Assembly (NCBI GenBank): GCA_030167865.1
Contig: JALAGF010000066.1
Location: forward strand, 1 to 64,000
Length of the DNA stretch: 64,000 nt
Direction of reading: 5' to 3'
Origin: Craspedostauros australis
Taxonomy: Eukaryota
Shown one piece after another: positions 25,470 through 37,400 of the stretch (position 1 is the stretch's first letter; every line of letters begins with the position of its first letter). The notes below the pieces were generated by a model. That model saw only the letters and a list, made by a program, of their open reading frames with translations, had not been told where the DNA came from and ran no database searches. The translations under genes were made by a program, and so were the position numbers.

Positions 25470-26052
25470 CTTGCCTTCGTTTGCAGTTGCTTCCACTTGC
25501 TTCCAGTGGCTCTCCTTGGTTGCTATGTGTGTGAATAGTAGTACGGGTATGAGTGTGAATGCGAGGATGGGTTGCGTTCAATCAGTTGTTTGTGCCCACA
25601 AGTGATCATCAAATGGAGACTCTCGGAAGCTTCGCTTCGTGTTCCTTGTTGCGACGCACTAAGGGTGCGCGTTGTGCCACCGAAAGGACAAAGTGATGAC
25701 ACGAAAAGACCTCGAAATATCAATGGGCAATCGTGTGACTCACGAGGATGACTACTTCGACCGAACTTGTCCGCAAATTGAAGTGATTTGACGGAGTCAG
25801 AAGATGGGGGAGTTCTTGATGACAAGATACGACTGATCGTTGTATGAATTCTGTTTGTGTGTGCGTGCGTGTTTTGATGCATCATCATGACAACAAGGAT
25901 CTGTGTCGTGGTGTCAACAGCTCATCCACAGCTCATCCACAACTCATCCACAACGTGCTCCTATCACATCACATCTCATCCCATCACACAAATACAACCA
26001 CCAAGCACCCACATTCACAACACCAAGAAGAAAGACAATAATAACCGCAACC

Positions 26053-26632
26053 ATGGCTTTCCGATCACCAATGCTCCTCCTCTCCACCCTCGTGGTCATC
26101 CTCGCCATGAGCATGGGCATGACGGCTGCGTTTGCACCACCCGCATCATCACTTAAGACCGCCCCCGTTGTTGGCGTCGCACCAGCCTCCACTCTCTTCG
26201 TCTTCGGAAACAAGAAGAAAGAGGAGGATCTGTCAGATATCGAATCCAGAGACATGACCCGTGAGGAGATGATCGCATTGAACAAGAAGGTGCGTGCAAC
26301 CGATGCTCCCCACAAGCCACCACCGCTATGGGACGCCGTGCTGTCCTGTTGATTCGCTTTCGCTGCTTGCAACTCATGTCCATGTGCGATGAAGGGATGG
26401 ATGTTGCAATGGAATGCTTAGATCAAACCGAATCTCACCACACTCTTGACACTCTGCCTCGTCTCTCTCTTTCAACGTGATCACGTATTCGGCAACGCAA
26501 CGATTCCATCGACACACTTATTGGCAGAATGAGGAAATCATGAACATGGAACTCTCCATGATGACGGCATTCTCGCTGGTGATCAGTCTGCCCATCCTTT
26601 ACCTCTGCTGGGTGGCCTTCTTCTCCGATTAA
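26053..26632 (+). CDS. Small plastid-targeted single-TM protein of unknown function; 2 exons (26053-26289, 26528-26632), 113 aa
   Basis: Signal peptide ending TAA|FAP (ASAFAP-type), then a transit peptide. Phase-0 intron AAG|gtgcgt...ggcag|AAT. Exon 2 encodes NEEIMNMELSMMTAFSLVISLPILYLCWVAFFSD*. Confidence 0.8.
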
Positions 26633-27558
26633 ACGTGCCACTCTATACCTACGTATGCTACAGCATGAATCTCGACGAGTATCGCTATGCACTGCTAATC
26701 TGCATTGAAATACTCATGTAGCACGAAGAAGAGAAGAAACGTAGTGGGAGGAGATGGAGATATTGCCATTGATGAGAGATGGTGGGATGGGCTGAATTGG
26801 ATTACAACGTGCTGCAACTATGCTATGCGCAACATTTGACATACTCGTACCAATCACTTCAGCCGGAAGAGGCATGGCCCGCAGCGCGGCAGCGATCAGC
26901 CGCACGGCACCGGGAAGCGAGATGTCGATGGACCAGCAGCAAGCGATCGGACGACGCAAGAAATTACACAATATGGCGAAGAAGCATTCAATTCTTGCGT
27001 TGGGTTCGTTCCAGCGTGCATGACCGAGTCCTTGCCCTTCTTGAATTCATCCTGAAGGCTCTTTAATGATGCATGCTACTGCAGATACAGCACACAAATA
27101 GAACAAGTCGATCTGTTGAATACCATTCATGTACTCCTCAATCATTTGTATGGACGCTTCATCTGCGAACAACTTCCAACAGCACTTGAGTACTTGCATG
27201 GAAGGCACTTGCATTCTGCACGAAGAGATAGAGAGAAGTATGGCAAACATGCATGTTCCGCTGCATCCAATGGTAGTCGTCGAAGCGAATCAAGAAATGG
27301 CGAGACAACGGTCGACGACAGACGTTTGGGACAAAAACGAGAACAACATGATCGTTTTGCAGCGCCCACTAAAACGCAGAACCGTCTCACAACACTCTCC
27401 TCCAACACGCACCATCGCTGCAAAGCAGATCGCCATTATGTCCACTGGGCACATGTGATCGTACCATACCAACACTCCTCCTCCTCCTGATAACACCACC
27501 ACACTCAACGATCGAACGATTGAACCACAACAAAAGCGAGAAGTCTCTATTGTATTCC

Positions 27559-28932
27559 ATGACGGAAGGAAAGAAGAAACGCAGCATCAAGGGAGCAGAG
27601 GGTCAGGCAACCACCAAGGTCCGCCAAGCCCTGGACCTTTCCAGCCTTGCGCGGTGGATGGCGCAGGATGTGCAGCTGAAGCAGTCGTTATCACAGGTGG
27701 AGCCACTGCGGCGCTTGCTGGCTGATCCAGCTGCCTTGGAGGAGGCTCTCGAACTGTCTCAATTTGGTTTCGGACAGTCCAACCCAACCTACCTTCTCAA
27801 GATCCACCATAATCACCGCCGCCATGCTGACGCAGCGACAGCCTCAAACGAAGCAACGGCGGCAGCAGAATCGCACACCGCGATGGTCCTGCGAAGAAAG
27901 CCCAGCAAGGTGGCGCATGCCTCTGCGCACGCCTTGCATCGCGAGTACAAAGTCCTGACCTGCCTGCTACGGCACAACCGACAGCAGACCGATCGCACGG
28001 TCCCGATCCCAGCGCCCTACGCCTACTGCACTGACAAATCAGTCGTCGGCGCAGAATTCTACCTCATGGAGTTCGTGCCGGGTCGCATCTTCACGAACTC
28101 GGCCTTGCCCAGTATGAGCAACGCTGAGAAGAAGTTGGCGTACGCCGATGTCATCCGGACGCTGTCCAACCTGCATGCCGTGCCGTATCGGGACATCGGG
28201 TTGGACAAGTTCGGTTCGCAAAAGAACTACGTGCAACGGCAACTCAAAAGGCTCATCCAGGTCAGCCAGAAGCAGAATGAATTCATCGCATCCAAAAGCA
28301 GCAGCAGCAGCAGCTATGCAAAATTGCAGCACCAGATCGAATCGTTGGCGACGGATTTGCAGCAGCATGTGCAAACCACGACGATGACGACCACACCAAC
28401 GGCTAACGGCTCCATCCCCCAACACAACATCGCCTTGATCCATGGCGACTTCAAAATGGACAACGTCGTCTTCCACCCCACCCAACCCAAGGTCATCGCC
28501 TTGCTGGATTGGGAATTGTGCACCCTGGGCGATCCCTCCTGCGATCTGGCAAATCTCTGCATGATGTACTACGCGTCGCATCACAATACGGTGGGGATCA
28601 CCGGCGTCGGTGGATTGGATTTGCGACGGCACGGTATCCCTACGCGCAAGGACGTATACGAACAGTACTGCGCCTACAGCAGCATTCCAGCGCACACGGA
28701 TGCCATTTGGAAACGCAGCGGCTTTTACTTGGCATTCCTCTTCTTCAAGAACTGCGTCATCGTGCAAGGTGTCGCGATGCGATCCTCGGCCGGTGTCGCA
28801 AGCAGCGCCGCTGCAGAGAAAGTGGCGGCCTTGCTACCAACCCTTCTGGCAATCGCACGGTCCATCCTGGAGAACTTCAAGCAGCATTGCGATAACGACG
28901 ATGCCAGCGTCGCAGTTGCCAGCAGGCTATGA
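27559..28932 (+). CDS. Aminoglycoside-phosphotransferase-like kinase (stand-alone ACAD10/ACAD11 N-terminal-type APH domain) with C-terminal SRL (PTS1)
   Basis: [19 protein letters not shown]...[46 protein letters not shown]. Ends ASRL*. Confidence 0.9.
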   Translation: MTEGKKKRSIKGAEGQATTKVRQALDLSSLARWMAQDVQLKQSLSQVEPLRRLLADPAALEEALELSQFGFGQSNPTYLLKIHHNHRRHADAATASNEATAAAESHTAMVLRRKPSKVAHASAHALHREYKVLTCLLRHNRQQTDRTVPIPAPYAYCTDKSVVGAEFYLMEFVPGRIFTNSALPSMSNAEKKLAYADVIRTLSNLHAVPYRDIGLDKFGSQKNYVQRQLKRLIQVSQKQNEFIASKSSSSSSYAKLQHQIESLATDLQQHVQTTTMTTTPTANGSIPQHNIALIHGDFKMDNVVFHPTQPKVIALLDWELCTLGDPSCDLANLCMMYYASHHNTVGITGVGGLDLRRHGIPTRKDVYEQYCAYSSIPAHTDAIWKRSGFYLAFLFFKNCVIVQGVAMRSSAGVASSAAAEKVAALLPTLLAIARSILENFKQHCDNDDASVAVASRL

Positions 28933-29126
28933 GCGCGAGCGGCAGGAAAATTATGTTTGGGTATGGGACTCTTTGAACAGGAATTCGGTGTGCATCTATT
29001 TCATTATACATCAGAGCGGGGACTCAATAGAACTGCCGAACCATCGTGTTCTACAGTGGTAACACTCTGGGCATTACGTACGAGTGTGCGTGAGATGGAT
29101 ACTCACAGTTAGATTATCGCGTCTTT

Positions 29127-30923
29127 TTACTCGTTGCTCGTGTCATGCAGGAGAGGCGCCACCACCGATTCGGGGTCGATGTCATCCTCGCTGCCTGGTT
29201 GCTCGCCAGGAGCGCCATTCTCGTCCTCCACCTCCACCACATTGTCGTCTTCGTGGTCGCGGCTCCCTTCCTTGCGCGGAACGAGAGGCAAGAGCGTTGC
29301 GAACACCACCATCGCTGCCAACTGCAGCAACGCTGTGATGAGGAAGGTGTAGGTGTAGTCGTACTTGTCCGCCAACCAACCACCGTAGGCAGCGCTACCG
29401 CACCAGCCAAACGTAGCGACTGATTCCAAAGACTTCCATCGCGCGCGCTCTTCCTTGGCGACGAAGTCCATCAGGATGCTCTCCTGCAATGGGTACGCCG
29501 AATTCACCAGGCTCGTGTGGATGATAAAGACGGGGACCAAGACGAAGGGATGGGTATCGAGGTAGGATTTGAAGAAGACCATGGAGAATAGACAACCGAT
29601 GCCAGATGTGGTGAACGCCAATGTGGCTTGTACTCTTCCAATGTACTTGGCGGCCTCCGAGCAGGCACCGGAGGCGATGATCATGATGAACGGGACGCAG
29701 GCATAGATGATCTGAACATGCGATGGTGACATGCCGACCTCGTCCTTGAAGAACAGCGGGAAGAACTTGACGGTCATGCCTGACCCGATGGCCATGACAA
29801 GGGACTGGGCGAAGATGATGTACGGAATCCATCTCTGCCATTTCCTCAATGCAGAGGTTGTCTCGGACCTTGGAACATCTGCATTATCTGCATCTGCATC
29901 CTCATCGACGGTGGCCGAAGTTGCCTCGCTCGCACATGCTCGTCCATCGGCAGATTCTCGCGAAGTCTGTGTGGAGGCGCCCCCATCAGCATCAACATTA
30001 GTAGCATTTGCAGTAGCAGGATTTGCATCCGCTTCTGCGGTTTCATCGAGCGCCTTCTTGTCATCGAGCATCAGCATGAGTGGAACTGTGAGGAGGCCGA
30101 TCCCCAAACCGACGTATAAAATCACCCGGAGCTCGTACAGTCCCCACGTATCACCCAAGGATTGAAAGAGGAAGATGGAAACGATGGGCCCGACGGATGT
30201 TGCGCCGATGTAGGATGCGAAGAGGTACGTATAGTACACGCTGCGTTCACCCGTGGCAGTGGAATCGGCATACAGTGCCTGTACTGGTCCGTTGAAGACA
30301 CCGTCGCAGACGCCCCACATCGCCATGACGACGCCGTACAGCCAGAGTGGCAAAGTGCGATTTTCGGGACTCGCGGCAGATATACCCAAGAAATCATTAT
30401 CTTCGTCTTCGATTTCTTCCGTCCCAATCCACATGAGGAGGACTATATGGAAGACGGTGGCGGCGAGCACTAGCCAACCTCCGAAGGCTATGATGTAAGA
30501 CCGACCGGCCTTGTCCGCCAAGTAGCCAACCGGCAAGGCGGTGAGGAGAGACGACAGGCCAGAGACAGCTTCGATGTTCCCCAGCGGACCGTTGCGATTG
30601 TGTCCAAGCTTCTTGAGATACGCGGCGTTGGCAGTGCCGTTCCACAGACTCTCTGACACACCGTACACCGCACAAATGGCGAGAGTCAGGAACACGTTGT
30701 GATTCATGGCGATGGAATGCCCGCAGCAAAGCCATGCTGGCAGCGATATGTCCTTCTTGGTGGTGCTTACCGCGCTGGTTGGCCGATCCACGTTTGGAAC
30801 TTCGTCGCGATCGTCAACGGCGGAGTACGATTCACTGGTGGTGGCAAGCAGCGGTTTTGCGCGACCGTTGCTCTCTGCTCGACCTGTCGACATGTTGCTG
30901 TTGATGCTGCTGTTCCTGCTCAT
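29127..30923 (-). CDS. Major facilitator superfamily transporter, 598 aa
   Basis: About 12 hydrophobic segments in two halves separated by an acidic loop. MFS motif A GYLADKAGRS and second-half GGWLADKYDY. Confidence 0.9.
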   Translation of the reverse strand: MSRNSSINSNMSTGRAESNGRAKPLLATTSESYSAVDDRDEVPNVDRPTSAVSTTKKDISLPAWLCCGHSIAMNHNVFLTLAICAVYGVSESLWNGTANAAYLKKLGHNRNGPLGNIEAVSGLSSLLTALPVGYLADKAGRSYIIAFGGWLVLAATVFHIVLLMWIGTEEIEDEDNDFLGISAASPENRTLPLWLYGVVMAMWGVCDGVFNGPVQALYADSTATGERSVYYTYLFASYIGATSVGPIVSIFLFQSLGDTWGLYELRVILYVGLGIGLLTVPLMLMLDDKKALDETAEADANPATANATNVDADGGASTQTSRESADGRACASEATSATVDEDADADNADVPRSETTSALRKWQRWIPYIIFAQSLVMAIGSGMTVKFFPLFFKDEVGMSPSHVQIIYACVPFIMIIASGACSEAAKYIGRVQATLAFTTSGIGCLFSMVFFKSYLDTHPFVLVPVFIIHTSLVNSAYPLQESILMDFVAKEERARWKSLESVATFGWCGSAAYGGWLADKYDYTYTFLITALLQLAAMVVFATLLPLVPRKEGSRDHEDDNVVEVEDENGAPGEQPGSEDDIDPESVVAPLLHDTSNE

Positions 30924-31964
30924 GAGAGTCTGGTGAAAATGAACCTCCAGTTGCGATGCTTCGCCGCCAGGATTGTGAGCGATGGTTGGAGCGCCCCTCT
31001 TGGGTCAAATAGGATTCCAAACGGTGGCACGAGTAACGTACGATGAGAACTGTCATAGACCGCACGCACGCAGATGGTAGAGCAACTAAAGATGCTCACC
31101 TCCAGTTCCGGTGATGATTGCCAGAGCACGCAATGCACGTGGGAAGGACGGTGACAGCGTGGAACACGCGCTCATCGGAGTTAGAAACGCTTCTTGGTGT
31201 TGGTACGCATGGCAACAGCAGGGACAGTGCTGCGTTTGTGATCTCTTGGTGTGTTCGCATCACAGTCGTGCCATCCTGTAACTCGTCTTCCAACGTCATC
31301 ACAGGAGGCGTTTTGGTTGACGTTCGTCGTTTGTTGTTTGTTGTTTGTTTGAAGACAAGCACACGGCTGTGCCAACACCGTGGCTGGCACGTTCCAAAAT
31401 GGAGATACTGCATTGTTGTGTTCCAGTGTGTGCAACAAGAACACTTCAGTCATTTTGTTTCGGGCCTTCTACAAAACATATAATACGTCTGTCTGTCCTC
31501 TCCCATAAAACCAGATTCAGAATTACTTCATAAATACAAAATTATCCATGACTTCCACAGGTTCTTTCAAGAGTTTCGATGTTGTTCGCTTCGACGCGAA
31601 AACGTCAATTGTGGAGCAAAGTGTTGGCGGCACCAAGTCCGCCACAATTTCGGCTGTGTCCTCGGGCTTTCCGAACAGTGGAGATGCTTGCCGCCTCCTT
31701 GGAGCCTCTGTGGTGACTGCATTTGACGCAAACCCATGAAGACGGTTACGATAGTTGCATGGTTACCAACGCCGCCTCTTTTTGAAACCTGGCGGATCAC
31801 TGCAGCCAAGCAACCTGTGAAGATGGATACTACCGTCTCCTTTTGAAATCTGGAGGATCGCTGCAATCATCCAAACTCCTCTCATAATCGGAAACCACCG
31901 CCGCCATCACAAACAAATGTTTCGCTCCCTCCCGCGCTGTTGCAAAACAGCACAGCAATTCGCC

Positions 31965-32837
31965 ATGAGCCTCCCAACCGAACCGCACGAACTCACATAC
32001 TTTGGCTTCTACGGGGGCCATGCTGAGCCAATCTGCATCGCCTTCAAGGCCATCGGGTTGGATTTCAAGGATGTCCGTCTCACGCAAGAGGACTACAGCA
32101 CCAAGAAGAAGGCAGGCTTGTACCCCACAGGAATCCCAATCTTGAAGGTTGGCAACACCGAATACACCCAATCGATGGCCATCTTGCGCTATGCTGGCAA
32201 GCTTGCACAATCGGCCGACGGAGCTGCGCCTAAGCTGTACCCCCAATGACGTCAAGCTCTGTCTGAGCATCGATCAGGCCTTGGACTTTGCTCAAGACCT
32301 GTGGTCTACCTTTCCCAGAGACAAGGAAGAGGACGCAAAGAAGAAGAACCAACCCGAGTACATGGCTGGAAAGGGAAAGGTCTTCTTCGGGAAGCTGGAT
32401 GAGATCTTGAAGCAGACCGATGGCCCCTTCATCGGTGGAAATGATCTGTCCATCGCCGATCTCAGCATTGCGCTTGCAACTGTCAGGGCATACGAAACTG
32501 GCTTCTTTGACTACATTCCCAGGGTAAGTGGACATGCTGCCAATACGCAAACCAAGAAAATGAATGGGCTGTCTCCTCAGATAACAACAAGCCTCACCCA
32601 TTTCATTGCTGCATTCCTTCTAGCACCTTTTGGTTTGACATGCGATGATGGTTTCTTCTGGTGCTATCCATCGCAATTGGATGGGCATGCCTATCATCCC
32701 CTGCACAATGCGACATGATATAGCACACTACAATGCTGCAGACGTGGGTCCAAGACAACTTTCCAGCTCTCTCGGCTTTGCTCAAGGCTGTTGAAGCACA
32801 CCCAATCGTGACCAAGTACTACAAGGGCATCGCATGA
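31965..32837 (+). pseudogene. Glutathione S-transferase (sigma-like), frameshifted; exons 31965-32523 and 32742-32837
   Basis: ELTYF...AEPI, IPIL, TQSMAILRYAGKL, LSIADL. One extra C in the C5 run at 32240-32244 gives LYPQ* instead of LYPND. Intron AGG|gtaagt...tgcag|ACG. A homopolymer assembly error cannot be excluded. Confidence 0.75.
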
Positions 32838-33200
32838 GTGAGTCACAATACACAGCCACGATGATTTGACGATGGCGAGTAGGCAGTGGTGTGGACACAA
32901 GCGAAGAGCATGGAAGTAGAGTAGGAATATTGCCCACCTTCCCACTATTCTTCTGTTTTGACGATATGCAGGGATGCAAGTATCGTACACTGCCTGTCGA
33001 AGATTTGCCTGCCCAACAAGTCTTAGGCTTGCCAGATGGGTTTCATTCGAAGCGTCGAACCACCTCCTGTCCACATCAGTACTCAAGTATGCTGCGTCAC
33101 TCTATCCGCTTCTTGTCTCAAGCCACCTTCTTGATCCATCGTTCGTGGCACGAATGATACTCAACGAACCTGCTCTTCCTCACTTCTTCACTCACTTGAG

Positions 33201-33219
33201 TAGCGCAGAGTCTAGCTCA
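33201..33219 (+). repeat. Left target-site duplication (TAGCGCAGAGTCTAGCTCA, 19 bp)
   Basis: Identical to 41721-41739 and directly adjacent to the (TA)6 tail. Confidence 0.95.
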
Positions 33220-33476
33220 TATATATATATAACTCATGGATTAAACTACTTATGCTGCAGTTTGCGCCGTAGGCGCTTTATTGCCGCCCGCTTTAATCTC
33301 GTGTTGGGCACGAGGCAGCACGGCATGATCGGTTCAATATGTATATGCGCTAACTGGTTTCCAGGTCACCACTCAGGATCCTCCCTGTCATCCCCGCATC
33401 TGATGTTCGTGTATGTCTTCATGTATGGGTCCATGCTCGTCGTCTGTGTGGGCACAGCACTCCTGCTTTCGGTACG

Positions 33477-34424
33477 CTATCTCCAGCATCGCAGCCAACG
33501 CTGCACTTCATCCGGCGCGTGGCTCGCTGGTATCCCTCGCACCCTTTGCACTTGCCCTATCCAGACGGCGACTGTCCCTATGTCGGTGGCGTGTTCACCC
33601 TCCATCTGTAGTCGTTCCCACGCAGCGCCTCCGCTCTCTCGCGTAAGTTCGGCCTCCTGTAGCCTCCCGGCGTACTCTCTCACCGCTTGCCGCAGCTCTG
33701 CTTCTGGTCCGTCCTCGCCGTCGTGCATGGCTCGGTTTCGCTGGTGCCAGTGCTCCCACGCTATCTTCCAGAGCTTTCTCACTACCTGCGCCGCCCACTT
33801 CTCGGCTGACCTCCGTTTCCCGATATCAATATAGAATCGCGCCTGTAGGTCCGTCCACGATTGGGCTATCACTCCTTTCAGAAGCTTGTCCCACCCAATG
33901 GCGTCTTGGCCGTCCATTAGTTCCGCTTCCAGCCTGTTCGCCCGTATGCGGCCCACCGGCCCCAGAGCTCTGGACGCCTGCTTCACGTTGCTCACCAACA
34001 CTTTCGTGATCGCCGGATGGGTATGGGCCCGCCGCAGCGTCCTCCGAAGCCGGTGGCGTTGTTTCTTCCACAGCTCTTGCGCTTCCACGGCAGGGCACAC
34101 CCATAGGTGCTCGTGTGTTTCCTTCTCTCCACACCGAGGACACGCATCCATCCGTCTTTCTTTCCACTGAACCATTCGCGTTCCGACGGCTGCTTCACGC
34201 AACACTAGCTTCATCGTAAGAACTCGTTGCGTATCGGAAAGCCCAACTGCTGCTCGTCGCATGGCTTGTGTATCGGCCAGCCCTTGCCCATCGTCTTCCA
34301 GTCCTCTTGCCTGCCTCACTTGTACCATGTCCGCCTCGACTTCTCCGCCGACGAGACTCTCGTAGGTAATCCTTGACCTCTTGACTCCGTGTTTCCACAC
34401 GCTCCACGTGGTTGCCCCCGTGCA
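33477..34424 (-). CDS. LINE ORF2 C-terminal segment with zinc-binding motif; same frame as the RT segment, separated from it by a TAG
   Basis: CPRCGEKETHEHLWVC and LWKIAWEHWHQRN. The reading frame continues directly after TAG at 34427-34425. Confidence 0.85.
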   Translation of the reverse strand, partial: CTGATTWSVWKHGVKRSRITYESLVGGEVEADMVQVRQARGLEDDGQGLADTQAMRRAAVGLSDTQRVLTMKLVLREAAVGTRMVQWKERRMDACPRCGEKETHEHLWVCPAVEAQELWKKQRHRLRRTLRRAHTHPAITKVLVSNVKQASRALGPVGRIRANRLEAELMDGQDAIGWDKLLKGVIAQSWTDLQARFYIDIGKRRSAEKWAAQVVRKLWKIAWEHWHQRNRAMHDGEDGPEAELRQAVREYAGRLQEAELTRESGGAAWERLQMEGEHATDIGTVAVWIGQVQRVRGIPASHAPDEVQRWLRCWR

Positions 34425-37400
34425 CTAATGATGTCGCCACCCCTCAGTACTTTCCAGGAGATTCCACCTCTGCTCAGCCAGCTTGTCTGTGATCACATTC
34501 ATGCGCTCCCACTCATCAAGTTCGTGTAGCTGCTTCCTCTCGTCCTGGTGGCCTTTGACATGCTGCCCGGTGACTCGAGTCTTCAGCTGTCGTCGCAACC
34601 TCATGGTGGCTATCATCATGTCGTAGTCTGGGATCGACGGATCAGGGTCGTGTTCCCACTCCAGCGCCTTGAGTGCCTGGAGATTGTCACAGCTCCACCT
34701 GAGACATCCATCAGACATGCCGTATCGTCGCTCCATCTCTCTCACTGCGAGCAGCGCACTGTATATCCCTGCAAGTTCAGCTCTCTGTGATGACATCGGG
34801 CCTTCACACCGGGGCGCCTCCAGTGTTCCGAAGGCCACCATTTCAAGCGACCCGTCTGTCGCCATCACCCATGCTGCTGTACCTTTGCCGTGCTTAACAG
34901 AACCGTCGCTGCCTCCCACAGCTGTCCTGTCCTTGATGCCCACCGCCATGTCCTGCCAGTCGGTCTCGCACCGGATGTGTCGTATCGCCCACGCTTCCGC
35001 GTCCTCCAGCTCCCTCCACGCATCTGCCATAGCCGTACTCTCTCTTACCATCGGTGCTGCCGCCCACTCTCCTGTCGTCACCAGCCGGAAGCCGTCGCCT
35101 TGCGGATATCCGTCTGCCGGCACACCGGCACCGTTGCCCACTGCGCCCGGGATCCTCCGGAACATCCTGCGGCGCGACCGCATTGGAACCTCCTGCCACA
35201 CTGTCCACTCGTCCTCCCTGACTTGCAACCTTCCAGACTCCTCGTCCCATCTCACCGGCGCAGCGTCGTCGTGTCGCCGCCATCCTCCTAGCCGGTACTG
35301 CTCTAGTAGGCCCCCATCCCTCGTCGTCATCGATTTGAGCTTCGCTCTCCAGGTCGCCCAATAGGCTGCCTTCACTTTCCCTACTCTTGGAACCCGCACC
35401 GCGCAGAACCCCGCTAGCTTCCGCCCGTCTGCTGCTTCAGTGGTGAATCTCTTGCCATCCGCCGACACCAGGTCGGACATCCAGAACGCCTGGAGCGATC
35501 GCCGACATAGATTCATTTGCCGCATCTCTTCCGGATTGCAAGCTGCCTCGATAACTTCCATAATTGGGCCATCGCCCTGCCGTCTCGGACGGAGTATTGT
35601 GTTCTCCATGCTCACCTCCAGGTTCGCCGTCGCTGCTTCCTGAGCTACGCTCGCCCACCACGATTGTGGGACTATCTTGGACCATTTCTCCCCCGTTGCT
35701 TTGAACAGGTCGATGGTCCCCGCGCTTGCTGCAGCGGCTTGGTACGATACTCTCAGCATCTTTCCTGTCAGCGTGTCGCGATGCCAATGACGGAAAATAG
35801 TGGCCACATGCGCCGTCAGTTGCTGCCAATACAGGTGCTTGAGGCCCAGTCCTAGCAGTTCCGTTGGCCCGAAAACGATGGTTCTTGGCACGTTGCGCTG
35901 GACTCCTGCCGCTGGTAACGCCGCTTGGAGCACCGGGCGCATTACGTCTTCGCACTGTCGCTTCGTCATTGTGGTAGCCGGGAGCGGATACTCCAGAGTC
36001 TTCCAAATAGTGTGCTTCAGCGCTCGCCATGTCTCCCGCCGACTAAGCTGGCCCGCTCTCACATTACGTGCCCACTCCTTCCCTTTCCGTTGGAGATCTT
36101 CCACCGCGTGTTTCTGGTTACCGTCTGGGCTCGCTACAATCCCTAACGTGCGCCGAGCTTCCGTGGCCTCCAGCCGCTCGATATCTGTACGCTCTTCGCT
36201 GTCCGGCTTCGTGAGCCGTATCTCCCCGGGCGTGGCTTCCTTTTTCCGATACTCCCACTTGTCGTTTCGCCAGTCGAACGATATGAGATACCAGTGGCTT
36301 TTGGCCGGTTCTATGACGCCTCCTGTAGCTTTGAGCAAGCCGTTCCAGGTTTCCGCCACCGCTTGGGACTCCTCGACCATACGCTCGTCTTCCGTGGTCC
36401 GGAATGTATGAATCAGATCTGTATCGTCGACGAAGGTGAAGCATACGAACTCCACCGTTTCGCCTGTCATGCAACCTGTGTGCTTAAAGCCGTGCGCTCG
36501 TTGCCGCATCACCTCGATGATTGGCGAGCTCACCACCACCCAGCATGCTGGAGCTGCTCCGTGTCCCTGTGTGACTCCTTGAAAGGGGGCTTCCTTGCTT
36601 CCTTTGTATGTCGCTTTGGATGGCCCGAGCATCGTCTGAATCCTGTGCTTCATTCCTTCCACGTTGCGTATCACTGCCTGTATCTGCGTCCATGGCACAC
36701 CCATCGCTCTCAGGCTTGCCGCTAGGATCGGATGGGCAATCCTATCGTAGCACCCTTTCGCGTCGTTAGCACAGATGATGCCTGGTGTGGCGTGTATGCG
36801 CATGACGTCGTTCGAAAGTCGGTTGTTCAGGCTCACCTCTTGCGACCTGTGACGCTTCCGACTGCCGTATTGTTCTGGAGCTATGAGACCGTGCGCCTCA
36901 GCATGCTTCATTATCCGGGCCCCCAGCATCTTGTGATTCATGTTCATGTCGGCCTCAAGCAGGCTGATCGTTCGGAATTTCTCCACGTTGATGTTCCCTT
37001 CCTGCTTTGCCAGCTGCACGTCTGTGCACTGTGCCCACCTTTTGAGGTTGTAGCCTGTTCGGAACGAGATGCTTCGCATGGATGTGTCTATCTTCCGGAG
37101 ATCAGGTTCGTAGTTCTGTGCTTTCCAAAGTCCAAAGTGGAGGCCGGATGGCCCTGACGTAATGCACTCGCGTGCCTTCTTCCACCGCGCTGCGTGTTCA
37201 ATTTCGCCAACCCTGCACATCTGTTCCGCCCACTGTGGACCTTGTCTCTGGTTCAGGCATTGAAGCAGCCAGTTTGTGTATTCATCTGGTCCTCGCGCTG
37301 ATGTGGTGAGGTGCTCGAGCCACTCGCCGTGGCCTTTCCACATACTCTCTGGCAGACCGTATTGGAACACTGGGGCAGCCAGGGCTTTGTGGTATTTCTT

